NCBI GenBank assembly: GCA_038087875.1 | Contig: CM076000.1 | Span: 124,001 to 188,000 of the forward strand | Length of the DNA stretch: 64,000 nucleotides | Reading direction: 5' to 3' | Source of the DNA: Malacoraja senta | Taxonomy: Eukaryota | In this document: positions 12,452 to 24,399 of the stretch, in pieces | How positions within the stretch are numbered: position 1 is the first letter of the stretch | Layout: the number at the start of each line of letters is the position of its first letter | Notes under the pieces: model-generated | Databases searched by the model: none | What the model saw: only the letters and a program-made list of their open reading frames with translations | What the model was told of the DNA's origin: nothing | Translations under genes and position numbers: made by a program

Positions 12452-12802
12452 AAAATCATGAGAGGAATAGATCGGGTAGATGCAGAATGTCTTGCCCAGA
12501 GTCGGTGAATCGAGGACCAGAGGACATAGGTTTAAGGTGAAGGGGAAATAATTGAATAGAAACCTGAGGGGTAACTTTTACCACACAAAGTGTGGTGGGT
12601 GTATGAAACAAGTTGCAGGAGAGATAGTTGATGCAGAGACTATCCCAACATTTAAGAAACAGATAGGGAAATGGATATGACAGGTTTGGAGGGCTATGGA
12701 CCAAACGCAGGCAGGTTGGACTAGTGTAGCTGGGACATGTTGGCAGGTGTCGGCCCATTGACCGAAGGACCTGTTTCCATGCAGTATCACTCTTTGACTC
12801 TA
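12452..12802 (+). mobile_element. CR1 LINE 3' fragment
   Basis: CR1 ORF2 end and 3'UTR; possible ATGGA duplication at the flanks. Confidence 0.7.
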
Positions 12803-13499
12803 TGATGGAAGCCTGATCTGTGTGATGGACTGAACTACATTTACAATTCAGCAATTTCTTCTGCGGAACTGTTCCCAAATCAAGCTGTGATGCAACTCAA
12901 CAGTGTGCTTCTTATGGTGCAGAAATTTGTACGTCATTGAAGGTATGCTGAATTTCTTTAACCTCCTAAGGTACTTCCTCACTCGCCTTTTGTGTTTAGC
13001 TTAAAAAGTTTGTGATCAATTTTAAAAAAAACACACATGCAATTTACACTTTGAATTCTCTCCTGTCATTTGCTACAGTTCAGCACTGCTGCTGGTAACT
13101 CACAATGACTAACGTCCAGGTTTAGGAACAACTTCCTAACAACCATCAGGCTATTGAACACAACAAATACCTTGGTTGAACTGAGGACTTTGGGCTTGGT
13201 TTTGCATATGCACTTTTCTCCTGAACTTTTTTTTGTTTGTTTATTAATATGTATTGAGTGTTTATAAATCTGTTGTGCTGCTGCAAGTAGGAATTAAATC
13301 ATTCATGACTTGATGTCCAGGTGGAAAGGGTGCAGAGAAGATTTACGATAATATTGCCAGGACTCGAGGGTCTGAGCTATAGGGAGAGGTTGAGCAGGCT
13401 TGGACTCTTTCTTGGAGTGCTGGAGGATGAGAGGTGATCTTATCGAGGTGTATAAAATCATGTAACTCAGCGGGATGGGCAGCATCTCAGGAGAGAAAG

Positions 13500-14165
13500 A
13501 ATAGAATAGAATGCCTTTTATTGGCATTCAAACAGACAAGGTTTGAACGAAATTTCATTCCTGCAGTCATGACATTACAAAAAAAAAACCAAGACACACA
13601 CTTAACACAAACATCCATCACAGTGAATTTCCAACACCACCTCACTGTGATGGAAGGCAAAAGTCTTATATCTTCCCTTTGTTCTTCCCGCGGTCCAGCA
13701 GTCCAACTGCAGCGTCGAGGCGACTGGGGCTCACGGTGTTAAAGCCCCCCGGCTGTTTAAGCGGAGCCGGGCGATGTTCATGTCCACCGGGCCTGCGGCT
13801 GGAATCTCCGAAGCCGGGTTGCAGCCGAGCGCCACCACAGCTCTCCCCGCTCCAAAGTCGGCCAGCTCCGCGATGGCAAGTCCGCAGGCTCCGCGACTGG
13901 AGCCCTCAGGTTGGTTCCGGATGGAGGCTGCCGCCGGCTCCACGATGTTAGGCCCAACGACACCGGAGACCCGACAGGGAAAAAGTCGGGTCCCCATACA
14001 GGGAAGAGATTAAACGGCCCCCCCCCGTCCCCCCCACCCACACACACACACATATACACAGCTAAAAAAGAATACAAATTAAAACCAAAAACACATCTAA
14101 CGGAACCAAAATTAAAAAAAAAAAGATGGACTGCAGTCGAGCCGCTGCCGTTAGGTGCCGCCACA
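13500..14165 (-). mobile_element. GC-rich non-autonomous retroelement (related to 37903-38624 and 47434-48197)
   Basis: Shared motif CCTAACATC(A/G)TGGAGC, 3' stem-loop, AATAAA and (ATTCT)n tail on the minus strand. Confidence 0.65.
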
Positions 14166-14580
14166 CCACACCACACCACACCATCTCCACTTTGTGTGAC
14201 GTTTCGTGTTGAGAAGAGTCTGAAGAAAGGTCTTGACTCGAAACGTCAGCCATTCCTTCTCTCCAGAGATGCTGCCTGTCCCACTGAGTTACTCCAGCAT
14301 TTTGTGTCATATCTTCGGTGTAAAGTAGCATCTGCAGTTCCTTCCTACACATTTGGACAGGTCCGTGGATAGGGCAGCTCTAGAGGGAATATGGAGCCAA
14401 ATGCAGGCAGGTGTGACTGGTGTAGATGGGATAGCATGTTGGCTGGTGTGGGCAGGTTGGGCCTGTTTGCACGCTGTTTGAATCTTATGACCAGGTTGCT
14501 ATGAACAGTGGAATTCTCTGCCACAGAAGGCAGCAGAGGCCAATTCTCTGGATGTTTTCAAGAGAGTTCGATTTTGCTTG

Positions 14581-14820
14581 GAGGAACAGCGTCTCATATT
14601 TCGCTTGGGTAGCTTACACCCCAGCGGTATGAACATTGACTTCTCTAACTTCAAATAGCCCTTGCTTTCCCTCTCTCTCTCTCTCCACCCCCTCCCCCTT
14701 CCCAGTTATCCCACCACTCTTACTGTCTCCGACTACATTCTATTTCTGTCCCGCCCACTCCCCTGACGAGATGCTGCCTGTCCCGCTGATTTACTCCAGC
14801 ATTTTGTGTCTACCTTCCGT
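14581..14820 (+). mobile_element. Penelope-like element 3' fragment (end of GIY-YIG ORF plus terminal repeat)
   Basis: 14581-14658 encodes EEQRLIFRLGSLHPSGMNIDFSNFK*, followed by a pyrimidine-rich tract and the recurring GATGCTGCCTG..TTACTCCAGCA repeat. Confidence 0.75.
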
Positions 14821-15190
14821 TAGATTTCGCTCTTCGGGCTAACGGAATCAAGGGATTATGGGGAGAAAGCATGCACTTATTTTGGATGATCGTTCATGAT
14901 CATATGGAATGGCAGTGCTGGCCCAAAGGGCCGAATGGCCGACTTCTGCACCTATTTTCTACGTTTCTATGACGGCACTAGTTCGTAAATCTTTTTTTAG
15001 ACTATGCATGGAGGACAGTCAATCAACACATATCTTTATAAGTACCATTGAAACAGGCAATAGGTATTAAATGAGTCCATAGAATAGATAGAAATCACAT
15101 TTTGAAATGGACACGGATCAATATTGCAATGTTGTAAAAGATACAGAATGTAGATTCATTTTCTAATGAAAGACTTGGGATCTATGTCGA

Positions 15191-15550
15191 CAGACAGACA
15201 CGCAGACGCAGACACACACACACACACACACGCACACGCAAATGCACGCAGACACACACACACACACACAGACAGATACACACACACACACACAGACACA
15301 GACAAACACACACATACAAACAGACACAAACACACACACACACAGACAGACAGACACAGACACATACACACACGCACACATACACACGCACACACACAGA
15401 CATACACACACAGACAGACAGACACACAGACACAGACACACATGCACACAGACAGACACACGCACACACAGACATACACACACATACACACGCACACACA
15501 CAGACATACACACAGACATACACACACATACACACACACACAGACATACA

Positions 15551-15647
<97 letters not shown>

Positions 15648-15702
15648 ATACACACACATACACACACACAGATATACATACACACGCACCCCCCCCCCCC
15701 CC
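15191..15702. repeat. ~500-bp compound (CA)n/(CAGA)/(CATA) microsatellite ending in a C run
   Basis: Directly visible; it generates the spurious HT/CV-rich ORFs. Confidence 0.97.
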
Positions 15703-15858
15703 AGGTGCAGCTTTTGAATGGAGATCCTCCCGCCAAGCCGGTGATTGACGGCCCCGCCGACCAATGGGGATACGGGACGGCCCGTGGGGGGGGGGCGGTA
15801 CAGAGCGGCCAATGGGCGGGACTACAGGGGAGGGGGGCGGCGTCGTCCAGGAACCGCC
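15703..15858 (+). promoter_or_regulatory. CpG-island promoter and 5'UTR of the MSL2-like gene
   Basis: CpG-dense. CCAAT boxes at 15761 and 15809, GC boxes (GGGGCGG), TCCCGCC and GGCGGGA motifs, TTTGAA at 15713-15718, Kozak ACCGCCATG. Confidence 0.75.
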
Positions 15859-16030
15859 ATGATGAACCCCGTCACCGTCACCGCCGCAGCCTCTACGGCC
15901 ACCGCCACCGCCACCGAGATCTACGCGGCCGCCTGCCGCTGCGCCATGTTGCTGCCCGCAGCGCCCATGCGGGCCGACCTCGCCCGCCTCGTACCCTTCC
16001 TGCGGCAGTGGCTCTCCTGCGCCGTCTGCG
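15859..16030 (+). CDS. MSL2: MSL2-like E3 ligase, coding exon 1
   Basis: [33 protein letters not shown] matches the MSL2 N-terminus (MNPV..RLLPYFRQSLSCCVCG). Canonical donor G|GTAAG at 16030/16031, phase 1. The symbol denotes the family; this is probably a paralog. Confidence 0.9.
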
Positions 16031-16107
16031 GTAAGCGGGCCCCATCCCTCACCCACCCACCCAACCCAACCCAACCCAACCCAACCCGGAGGTTGAACAC
16101 TCATCGG

Positions 16108-16668
16108 GTCGGGCAGCGACTGAGGGGAACATTCCTCACACTCATTACTGTTGATGTCGGGCAGCGACTGAGGGGAACATTCCTCACACTCATTACTGTT
16201 GATGTCGGGCAGCGACTGAGGGGAACATTCCTCACACTCATTACAGACATGGGTGATCAGCCATGATCACATTGAATGGCGGTACTGGCTCGAATGGCCT
16301 ACTCCTGCACCTATTGTCTAATACAGTGGGTTTGGGAGGGCAAAGTCTGACAAGTGATGGGTGTAGGAGATATGCTGGAGAAACTCAGCATCTGAGGGAG
16401 AGCCTTCCTCATACTCATTACTATGGCGGTCGGGCAGCATCTGAGGGAGAGCCTTCCTCATGCTCATTACTATGGCGGTCAAACAGCGTCTGAGGGAGAG
16501 CCTTCCTCATACTCATTACTATGGGGGTCAGGCAGCTTCTGAGGGGGGGAACCTTCCTCATGCTCATTACTCTGGGGGTCGGGCAGCGCCTGAGGGAGAG
16601 CCTTCCTCATATTCATTACTATGGCGGTCGGCCAGCGTCTGAGGGGGAACCTTCCTCACACTCATTAT
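16108..16668. repeat. 48-49-bp minisatellite arrays (about 3 + 6 units) in intron 1
   Basis: Units start at 16108, 16156, 16204 (48 bp) and at 16386, 16435, 16484, 16533, 16584, 16633 (~49 bp), separated by a CR1 tail fragment. Confidence 0.9.
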
Positions 16669-17814
16669 AGTGCGTTGGGGAGGGCAAAGTCTGACAGGTA
16701 ATGGGTGTAGGATTTAGACACAAAAAGCTGGAGAAACTCAGCGGGTCAGGCAGCATCTGAGGGGGGAGCCTTCCTCACACTCATTGCTGTTGGGTGGGGG
16801 CGGGAGGACACAAAGTCTGGCAAGCGGTGGGGTGTAGGAGATGCTGGTTTACACCAAAATCGACACAAAATGCTGGAGAAACTCAGCGGGTCAGGCAGCG
16901 TCTGAGAGGAACCTTCCTCACACTCATTTACTGTGGGGGGTTAGACAGCGTCTGGGGGGAGCCTACTACAGACTCATTCTGAAGAAGGGCCTGGACCCGA
17001 AACGTCACCCATTCCTTCTTTCCAGAGGTGCTGCCTGTCCTGCTGCGTTACTCCAGCTTTATGTGTCTTTCTTCGGTTTAAACCAGCATCTGCAGTTCCT
17101 TCTTACACAGGCACATTACTGTTGGGTGCGGTGGGGGGAGGACAAAGTCTGCCAAGTAATGTGTGTAGGAGATAGACACAAAATGCTGGAGAAACTCAGC
17201 GGAACAGGCAGCGTCTAAGCGGAACCTTCCTGAGACTGATTCCAGTTGGGTCGAGAGAGGGGAAAGGACAGAATGACACGTGATGGATGTAGGAAGAAAC
17301 TGCAGATGCTAGTTTACACTGAAGATAGGCACAAAATGCTGGGGAAACTCAGTGCGTCGGGCAACATCTGAGCAGAACCTTCCTCTGACTGATTACAGTT
17401 GGGTCGATAGAGGGGAGGGGACAGAATGACACGTGATGGATGTACGAAGAAACTACAGATGCTAGTTTACAGAAGATAGGCACAAAATGCTGGGGAGCAG
17501 AACCTTCCTCTGACTGATTACAGTTGGGGTCGGGCAGCACTTGAGGTGACCCTTCCTCAAACATTACATTACTATGGGGGGAGGAAGACAGAGTCTGACT
17601 AGTGATGGTGTAGGTAGGAACTGCAGATGCTGGTTTGCACTGAAGATACTTAAAATGCTGGAGTAACTCGACAGGTCAGTCAGCATCTGAGGGACCCTCC
17701 TACAGACTGATTGCAGTTGGATGGGGAGGACAACATCTGGCAAGTAATAGGTGGATGCAGGTGAGAAGGACGGGCACTGGCCTCATGATAAGCTGCTGGG
17801 AGAAATTACCTGCC

Positions 17815-18895
17815 CATTGGTTAATAGCTGGACATTAATGGCTGGCCATTGACCAACAATTGGATTGATCAACAGCTGGACCACTGATCGACATCTGGAC
17901 TGATTCATAGCTGGCCATTGATCTACAGCTGGATTAAATAATCATTGCCCATCTGTAAACAACTCAACTGATGAATACCAGAGATAGACACAAAGTGCTG
18001 GAGTAACTCAGCGGGTCAGACAGCATCTCTGGAGAAAAAGGACAGGTGATATTTCTGGCTGGGACCCTTCTTCAGACAAGAGGTCCTGACCCGAAAGGTC
18101 ACCCATCCATTTTCACCTGAGATGCTGCTTAACCCGCTGAATTACTCCAGCACCAGCATGTACTGTTCCTTGCTTCTACATTTCGATTGATGAATAGTTG
18201 GACTATTGATCTACAGCTGGACAGAATAGCTAACTTTTAATCAAGATCTTGACTGGTTATTACCCGCACACACGCACGCACGCACTCACCCCAAGGCAAA
18301 GTTTGCCCCAAGGTGCAGCTTTTGAACTGCTGTTTAACAGCTAGACTGAATAGGTGGCCATTGATCACATCTGGACTGATAATAGATTATATTGATCAAC
18401 ATCTGTATTGATAGATGAGCCATTGATCAGCAGCTGGACATTAATATCTGATCATTTATCATCTGGACCGATTAATAGATGATATCGATCAACATCTGGA
18501 TTGATAGATGAGCTATTGATCAGCAGCTGGACTGAATGGCTGACCACTGATCAATAGCTGGACTGATTAATATCTGATCATTTATCAACATCTGGACTGA
18601 TTAAATTTTGATCTTTGATCAATGTCTGGACTGGTTAATAGATTATTGACCAACAACTGTACTGATTAATAGCTGAATGACTGTAAACAACTTGACTGAT
18701 GAATAACAGGACTAGTGAACTACAGTTGGACAGAATAGTTGGCCATTAATTGATTTCTGATTATGACCCAGAATGCTGTTCAATAGCTGGACTGAATAGC
18801 TGACCATTGATTAATATCTAGAATGATTAATAGCTGATAATCAATATCTAGAATGATTATTAGCTGATCATTGATCAACAACTGGACTGATTAAC
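17815..18895. repeat. Degenerate short-period minisatellite (AGCTGGACTGATTAAT / AGCTGACCATTGATCAAC-like units)
   Basis: Dozens of variant units, interrupted by a Penelope terminal-repeat pair (~17980-18185). Confidence 0.8.
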
Positions 18896-18921
18896 AGTTG
18901 CTGCGAACCAAAAGCGGCCGG

Positions 18922-19190
18922 GCAACACGGTGGCGCAGCGGTAGAGTTGCTGCCTTACAGTGCAGCACCAGAGACCCGGGTTCGATCCCAACTATAGGTG
19001 CTGTCTGTACGGAGTTTGTACGTTCTCCCTGTGACCTGGGTGGATTTTTCCAAGATCTTCGGTTTCCTCCCACATTCCAAAGAGGTACAAGTTTGTAGGT
19101 TAACTGGCTTGGTGTATGTGCGGGGATCGTTGGTCGGCACGGACCCGGTGGGCCGAAGGGCCTGTTTCCGTGCTGTATCCCTAAACTAAA
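18922..19190 (+). mobile_element. tRNA-derived V-SINE (HE1-like)
   Basis: A box TGGCGCAGCGG, B box GGTTCGATCCC, V-domain and CR1-type tail ending TAAACTAAA. Partial or inverted copies at ~19235-19440 (+) and ~20167-20435 (-). Confidence 0.88.
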
Positions 19191-22100
19191 AGCAGGACTG
19201 ATTTAGAGCTTACAATGCCATAGACCACAGGTGCTATCAGTACAGAGTTTGTACCTTCTCTGATACGTTTGTCTGTGGTTTCTTCTCGCATTCCAAAGAT
19301 GTACAGGTTTGTAGGTTAATTGGCTTCTGTAAATTGTCCCTAGTGTGTAGGATAGAACTAGCGTATGGGTGATCGCTGGTTGGTGCAGACTCGGTGGGCC
19401 AAAGGGCCTGTTTGCACACTGTATCTCTAAACTAAACTAAGAACTGAACAACTGAACAATTAACATAACAGATTATCTTTAAAATTAATTAAAACTTGAA
19501 GTCTCTAATGTATTGTCCAAAGGCATGTTTATTTTTACTCAGACAAAGAAGCTGTTACAAGTAAACAATACAATAAACTCATACTTCCTGGTTTCTCACA
19601 TATATAAGGGATGCGACCCTGTAGTTGTTTGGGTGCCACTTGAGCTTTTCTCCCTCAGGCTGCTAACTGCCCTCATCATCCTTTCATCAGTTCAGAACTT
19701 TCTCCTTTGATCCTAAGTAATTACGTCATCTTTGTAAAAGTATGATCAGTCCAGATCACCGGACCATGATGTCATGTTTTTCAGAGATCTCCCAAGGTGC
19801 ATATTCATGAGATTTCCAGCCCTCCCCCCTCCATCTAAATGACAGTCCTGAAACGTCACCCATCCATGTTCTCCGGAGATGCTGCCTGACCTGCTGAGTT
19901 ACTCCAGCACTTTGTGTTCTTTTGTACATTCACAACTACACTTGTTTTGACAAACTTTCAGGATGTGATTGTTTTAAATGGGAGACTTCAAGCTGAGATT
20001 GCTTTGGCGAGGAAGTATTAAAAATCAGATGCCGTGCTGAACCAATAAACAGAAGGTCTACTGATAAAGAACTGGATTAATAACAATTGGATTAGTAATA
20101 CAGACTGACCTCGCCAGGTTCTCAATCTCATAGTTCGTGGTTTCAGGTTGAGGAACACTCGGATTGTTTAGTTTAGTTTAGTTTAGTGATACAGTGTGAA
20201 AACAGGTCCGAGCCAACCAGCGATCCCTGCACATTAACACTATCCTATACCCACTTGGGACAATTTTTACATTTACCAAGCCAATTAACCTACATATCTG
20301 TACGTCTGGAGTGTGGGTGGAAACCTCCGATCTCGGAGAAAACCCTCGCAGGTCACAGGGAGAACAAACAAACTCCATACAGACAGTACCCGTAGTCGTG
20401 CTGGAATCCGGCAGCAACTCTCCTGCTGCCCCATCGTGTCTTGAGTAAAACACAAAATGCTGGAGAGGATCGGGCAACATCTCTGGCATCGTCTTCTTTG
20501 GCATGCACTTCTTTACACGCCTACTGATCAAGCATGTTACAAAGTGGTATACTCACTTAGGTCCTTGAATATGGACCAGTCCACCGACTCAAAGCAGTCA
20601 CATAGGATCTCGTCTGTTTTACAACTTTCTGTCCCAAAAACAGAAGCGTTACTGTTTCTGCTTGTAAGCAGGGAGTAGCAGCACAGCCAGGTGATCAGAT
20701 TGGCGATAGGCGTTAACAAACCACTGGCATGCTAATAAACACTTTGGTTAATAAATATCTGTGTTAATGATACATTCCTGAAAGCAGCTGGATTAGTGAT
20801 AAACTACTGGATTTATATAAATGAACAAAATACCAGATGGCCTTGGAATAATTGTTCTCCTAATCACTGGTCTGATTATCAGCTGGCTTGATACATTCAA
20901 GGCTTCATACAGTGAGAGGGGAAAGATTTGAAAGGAAGCTGAGGGGCATCCTTTTCACACAGCGAGTGATGCATACATGGACCAAGCTGGCAAAGGAAGT
21001 GGAAAGGGCAGGTACAGTTTTGACATTTAAAAGACAATGAGCCAGGTACATGGAGAGGAAAGGGTTGGAAGATATGGGCCAGGAGCAGGCAGGCTGGACG
21101 AGCTTGGTTTGGCAACGTGGATGGATGAGTTGGGACAAAGGGCCCGTTTTTGTCCTGTCCGGTTCTATGACTCGATGTCAACCCTTAAAATTGCAGACTT
21201 GTCGGCCTTAATAATGTTCTCAACTCTCAGACTGGCACTTGATCTACGGAACACAGTCAGAACTGAGAGTGCTAATCTCAGGGAAGATGTTTGTACCCTG
21301 AGTAGTTACAAATTCAGAACAGTAAAGCAAGCCTAAGTGATCAGAGTGCTGAAATTATGTGGCCTTCACCATGCAGATCCCTGTTTTGTTTTTGCCTCAG
21401 ACACATTTTGGATGTGTCAAAAATATATTGAAAATTAATGTCCAATAGGTAGGAAAAAGAGAAGATTAACATGGTTAAAACTATAGACATTCCCAGTGGA
21501 AATCAATGGGATAGGGACAGCAATCCTTGGCCATTGCCTACAGGAAATCAACAGATAATATGAAGAATCCTTGAAATAATATTGCAGACTAAGATCTCAG
21601 TGTGCTTTACCGAATCTTTATTTCAAACCACCCCTTTTCCTCCTCCACACCACAACTTACAAAAAAAAAGTTATTTCTTAGTTTTGTTACAAAGCAGTCT
21701 TGGGATTGTTCGATATGATATTGTTCGCATAATTACTGCGGATGGGCCAATTGTTTTCTGCTGGCATCATCCGAGAGTTTCGGCACATAATCTGTGTTGG
21801 TTCATCGCTGATTTACAGGAGGAATGCATTTGTTCCAAACAAAATCTTTCAGATGACGAGTCATTGTAATTGCCAGGACTTGCCACTGAGTTCAGCCATT
21901 GTAGATTCATAAGTTCATCAGTTGTCAGAGCAAAAATAGGCCATTTGGCCCATCAAGTCTTCTCTGCCGTTCAATCATAGCTGATCTATCTCTCCCTCCT
22001 AACCCCATTCCCCTGCCTTCTCCCCATAACCCCTGACACCCATATTAATCAAACCAGCTTTTAACTAGTTGTTGTGCTTTGCATCAACCTGACTTGCTCT

Positions 22101-22473
22101 TTTGGAAGGTTAGCTACCTGGAATCTTTCTTCACACATGCTGAGCATTTTGAGCAATCTTTTTTATTTTAAATTCCACTAACTGCAGTGATTTTTTTATA
22201 TTTGATCTTATCTTATTCTGCTCTTCTGCTTTCATCCATCCCCTTCTATTTCCATCTCTTCCATGCAGGTCACCTATGATTAGCTAGCCCTATTATCCAT
22301 TGACCTGTCACCACCACAAGTCTTCCGTCCCTCACACCACTGTCTCACCTATCATAAGCATTTATTTTGTTCCTTAAAACCCATCCCATTTTTAATTACA
22401 TCCTTTTCTTTCCTATTTGTGGTCGAAAGTTTCTCTGTTTCTTTCTCTCTACAGATGCTGCCTGTGGGGGGAA

Positions 22474-22790
22474 GCCCTGTCCCACTGTACGAGTTCATTC
22501 AAAGAGTTCTCCCGAGTTTGCCCTGATTCGAACTCAGAGATTTACGGTAATGGCCGCTCGTCGGTACTCGGGGCTCTCGTGGACATTTTTCAACATGTTG
22601 AAAAATCTTCACGAGTCTTCCCGAGCTTCCCGCATTTCCCGAGTACCTGCCGTTAGCCTTATGAGCCGCTAAGAGACGTCCCCGAGCTCCGACGTACCCG
22701 CTACGTTCATTCTACGTGCTTACCACGAGTTTGATTTTTTTTTTAAACTCGGGAGAGCACTTGAATGAACTCGTACAGTGGGACATGGCC
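22474..22790. mobile_element. MITE with ~45-bp TIRs (PIF/Harbinger-like, tentative)
   Basis: GCCCTGTCCCACTGTACGAGTTCATTCAA.. and its reverse complement ending at 22790; CpG-rich interior. Confidence 0.8.
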
Positions 22791-24399
22791 TTAGTTACTT
22801 GCTGAGTATTTCAAAAGTTTTCTTCTTTACTTTCTGATGATCTGTTAAATCAAGGGCCCGCCCATTTGCCTTAGTACTTAGCTTGTTAAAGCATATGCAA
22901 CCTGGAAACAATTCCTGTCAGTTCGTATTTTTATGGTTTCTTTCACAGTAACTGAACAGAATGGATTATTTGTAACCTCGTACAATTCAAGAATGTACGT
23001 AACATCGCAGCCAAAAGTTGAACATGCCTGATCTTTTATTCTAGCTCCTGACTCACTCTTAAACTGTAGAACATCGGGATGGTGAACGGGCAGGTCTGCT
23101 CTGCCTCACAGGATAACCGTGGTAATGTTGCTTTAAACTTGATGAGAATCACGCAGCTGTAAAAATGAAGCACAGGCCTGGCCCAGCAGCATCTGGCCCC
23201 GTGATTATTTCGGATGAATATCGGATGAATTTCAACGATTTACCTTTCATGGCAGAGAAAACCAATTATTTGTTCATTTACAAGATTTACTTTCCCAGTT
23301 AATATTTTTGAAAATCACCAGCAAAGGATACCGATTTAGTTTCATACTGGCAGAGAAAGCAGCCATTCGGCCTATCTGGTCCCTGCCAGCTCACAGGACA
23401 GCAATCTGATTCATTCCGCTCAGTTGTACATCTGATTCTCTCACACACACCCATTAAAACCCCTTTGATTCTACCACCCAGGGATAATTGATGGTAACTA
23501 ATCATCTTTGGATGCCCGACGTTTGTATCAAACCCGGGTACTTGGAGCTGTGAGTTAACAGCAATAGTTTCTATACCATCTACATCCTCTATTAAATAAT
23601 CTCTATGGAAATTATCTAAGCTTTTGTCCCAAGCTTTGTTTCACAATGATACTGAACAGTGCGTATCAAAATAAAATGCAAATGTGCAACATATTACTAT
23701 TGCAGTGATAAAACAGTGCTACTGCCTCAACTCTAGAGGTCTGCGTTTAACCTTGATCGTGGCTGTTATCTGCATGGAGTTCATATTACTCCCCTGGGTT
23801 TACCGGACGCTTTTGCATGTGCAAGTGGTTCTTGACCTGAAACGTCACCTATTCCTTCTCTCCGGAGATCCTGCCTTTCCAGCTGAGTTACTCCAGCATT
23901 TTGTGTCTATCTTTGGTGTAAACCAGCATCTGCAGTTCCTCCCTGCACCAGTGGTACACTGTTAGGTTAACTGCTGCAAATTTTCACTAGCGTAGGTGGG
24001 TGGCAAGAGAACCAGGGGGGCGGGGATGTGCGAGAGAGAAAAGCGATGGCTTAGTGTAGATGGTTGCACGATGGTCAGTCAAAAGTGTTGGGCGCATGTC
24101 GGTTTCTGTGCATATGACTAATATAGAATCTAGCTCTTTATCAGTTGGCAGCAGTCAATCCACCATATTTTCCTCTGCAATGTTCTGCAACTGATACTCA
24201 TTGCTCACCATTCCTTTTGTTTGTTATTCATTCTCATGTGCTTTACTAAATTCCCTAGAGTTTGAGTTTGATGGACATTAATCAAAAGCCATTTTGAAAT
24301 TAAAGCACACCATATCATAGTTAAAACCATCCATTGGATTGTGGCTTAATTCAAGTCAAGCAAAATTTCCCTCTTCTGAATACATGTTGACTTATGTTT

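Noticed and set aside
15156..16104. Long His/Thr- and Cys/Val-rich ORFs (168-313 aa)
   Set aside because: They are translations of the (CA)n microsatellite.
15745..16266. 173-aa single-exon ORF as the gene product
   Set aside because: It starts at TTG upstream of the Kozak ATG and reads through the splice donor into minisatellite; the spliced model restores the RING finger.
16108..16668. CRISPR-like array of hairpin-containing repeats
   Set aside because: Head-to-tail units with no unique spacers, no cas genes and a vertebrate intronic context.
18922..19000. tRNA genes
   Set aside because: The A/B boxes belong to SINE heads followed by V-domain and LINE-like tails; no complete cloverleaf is evident.
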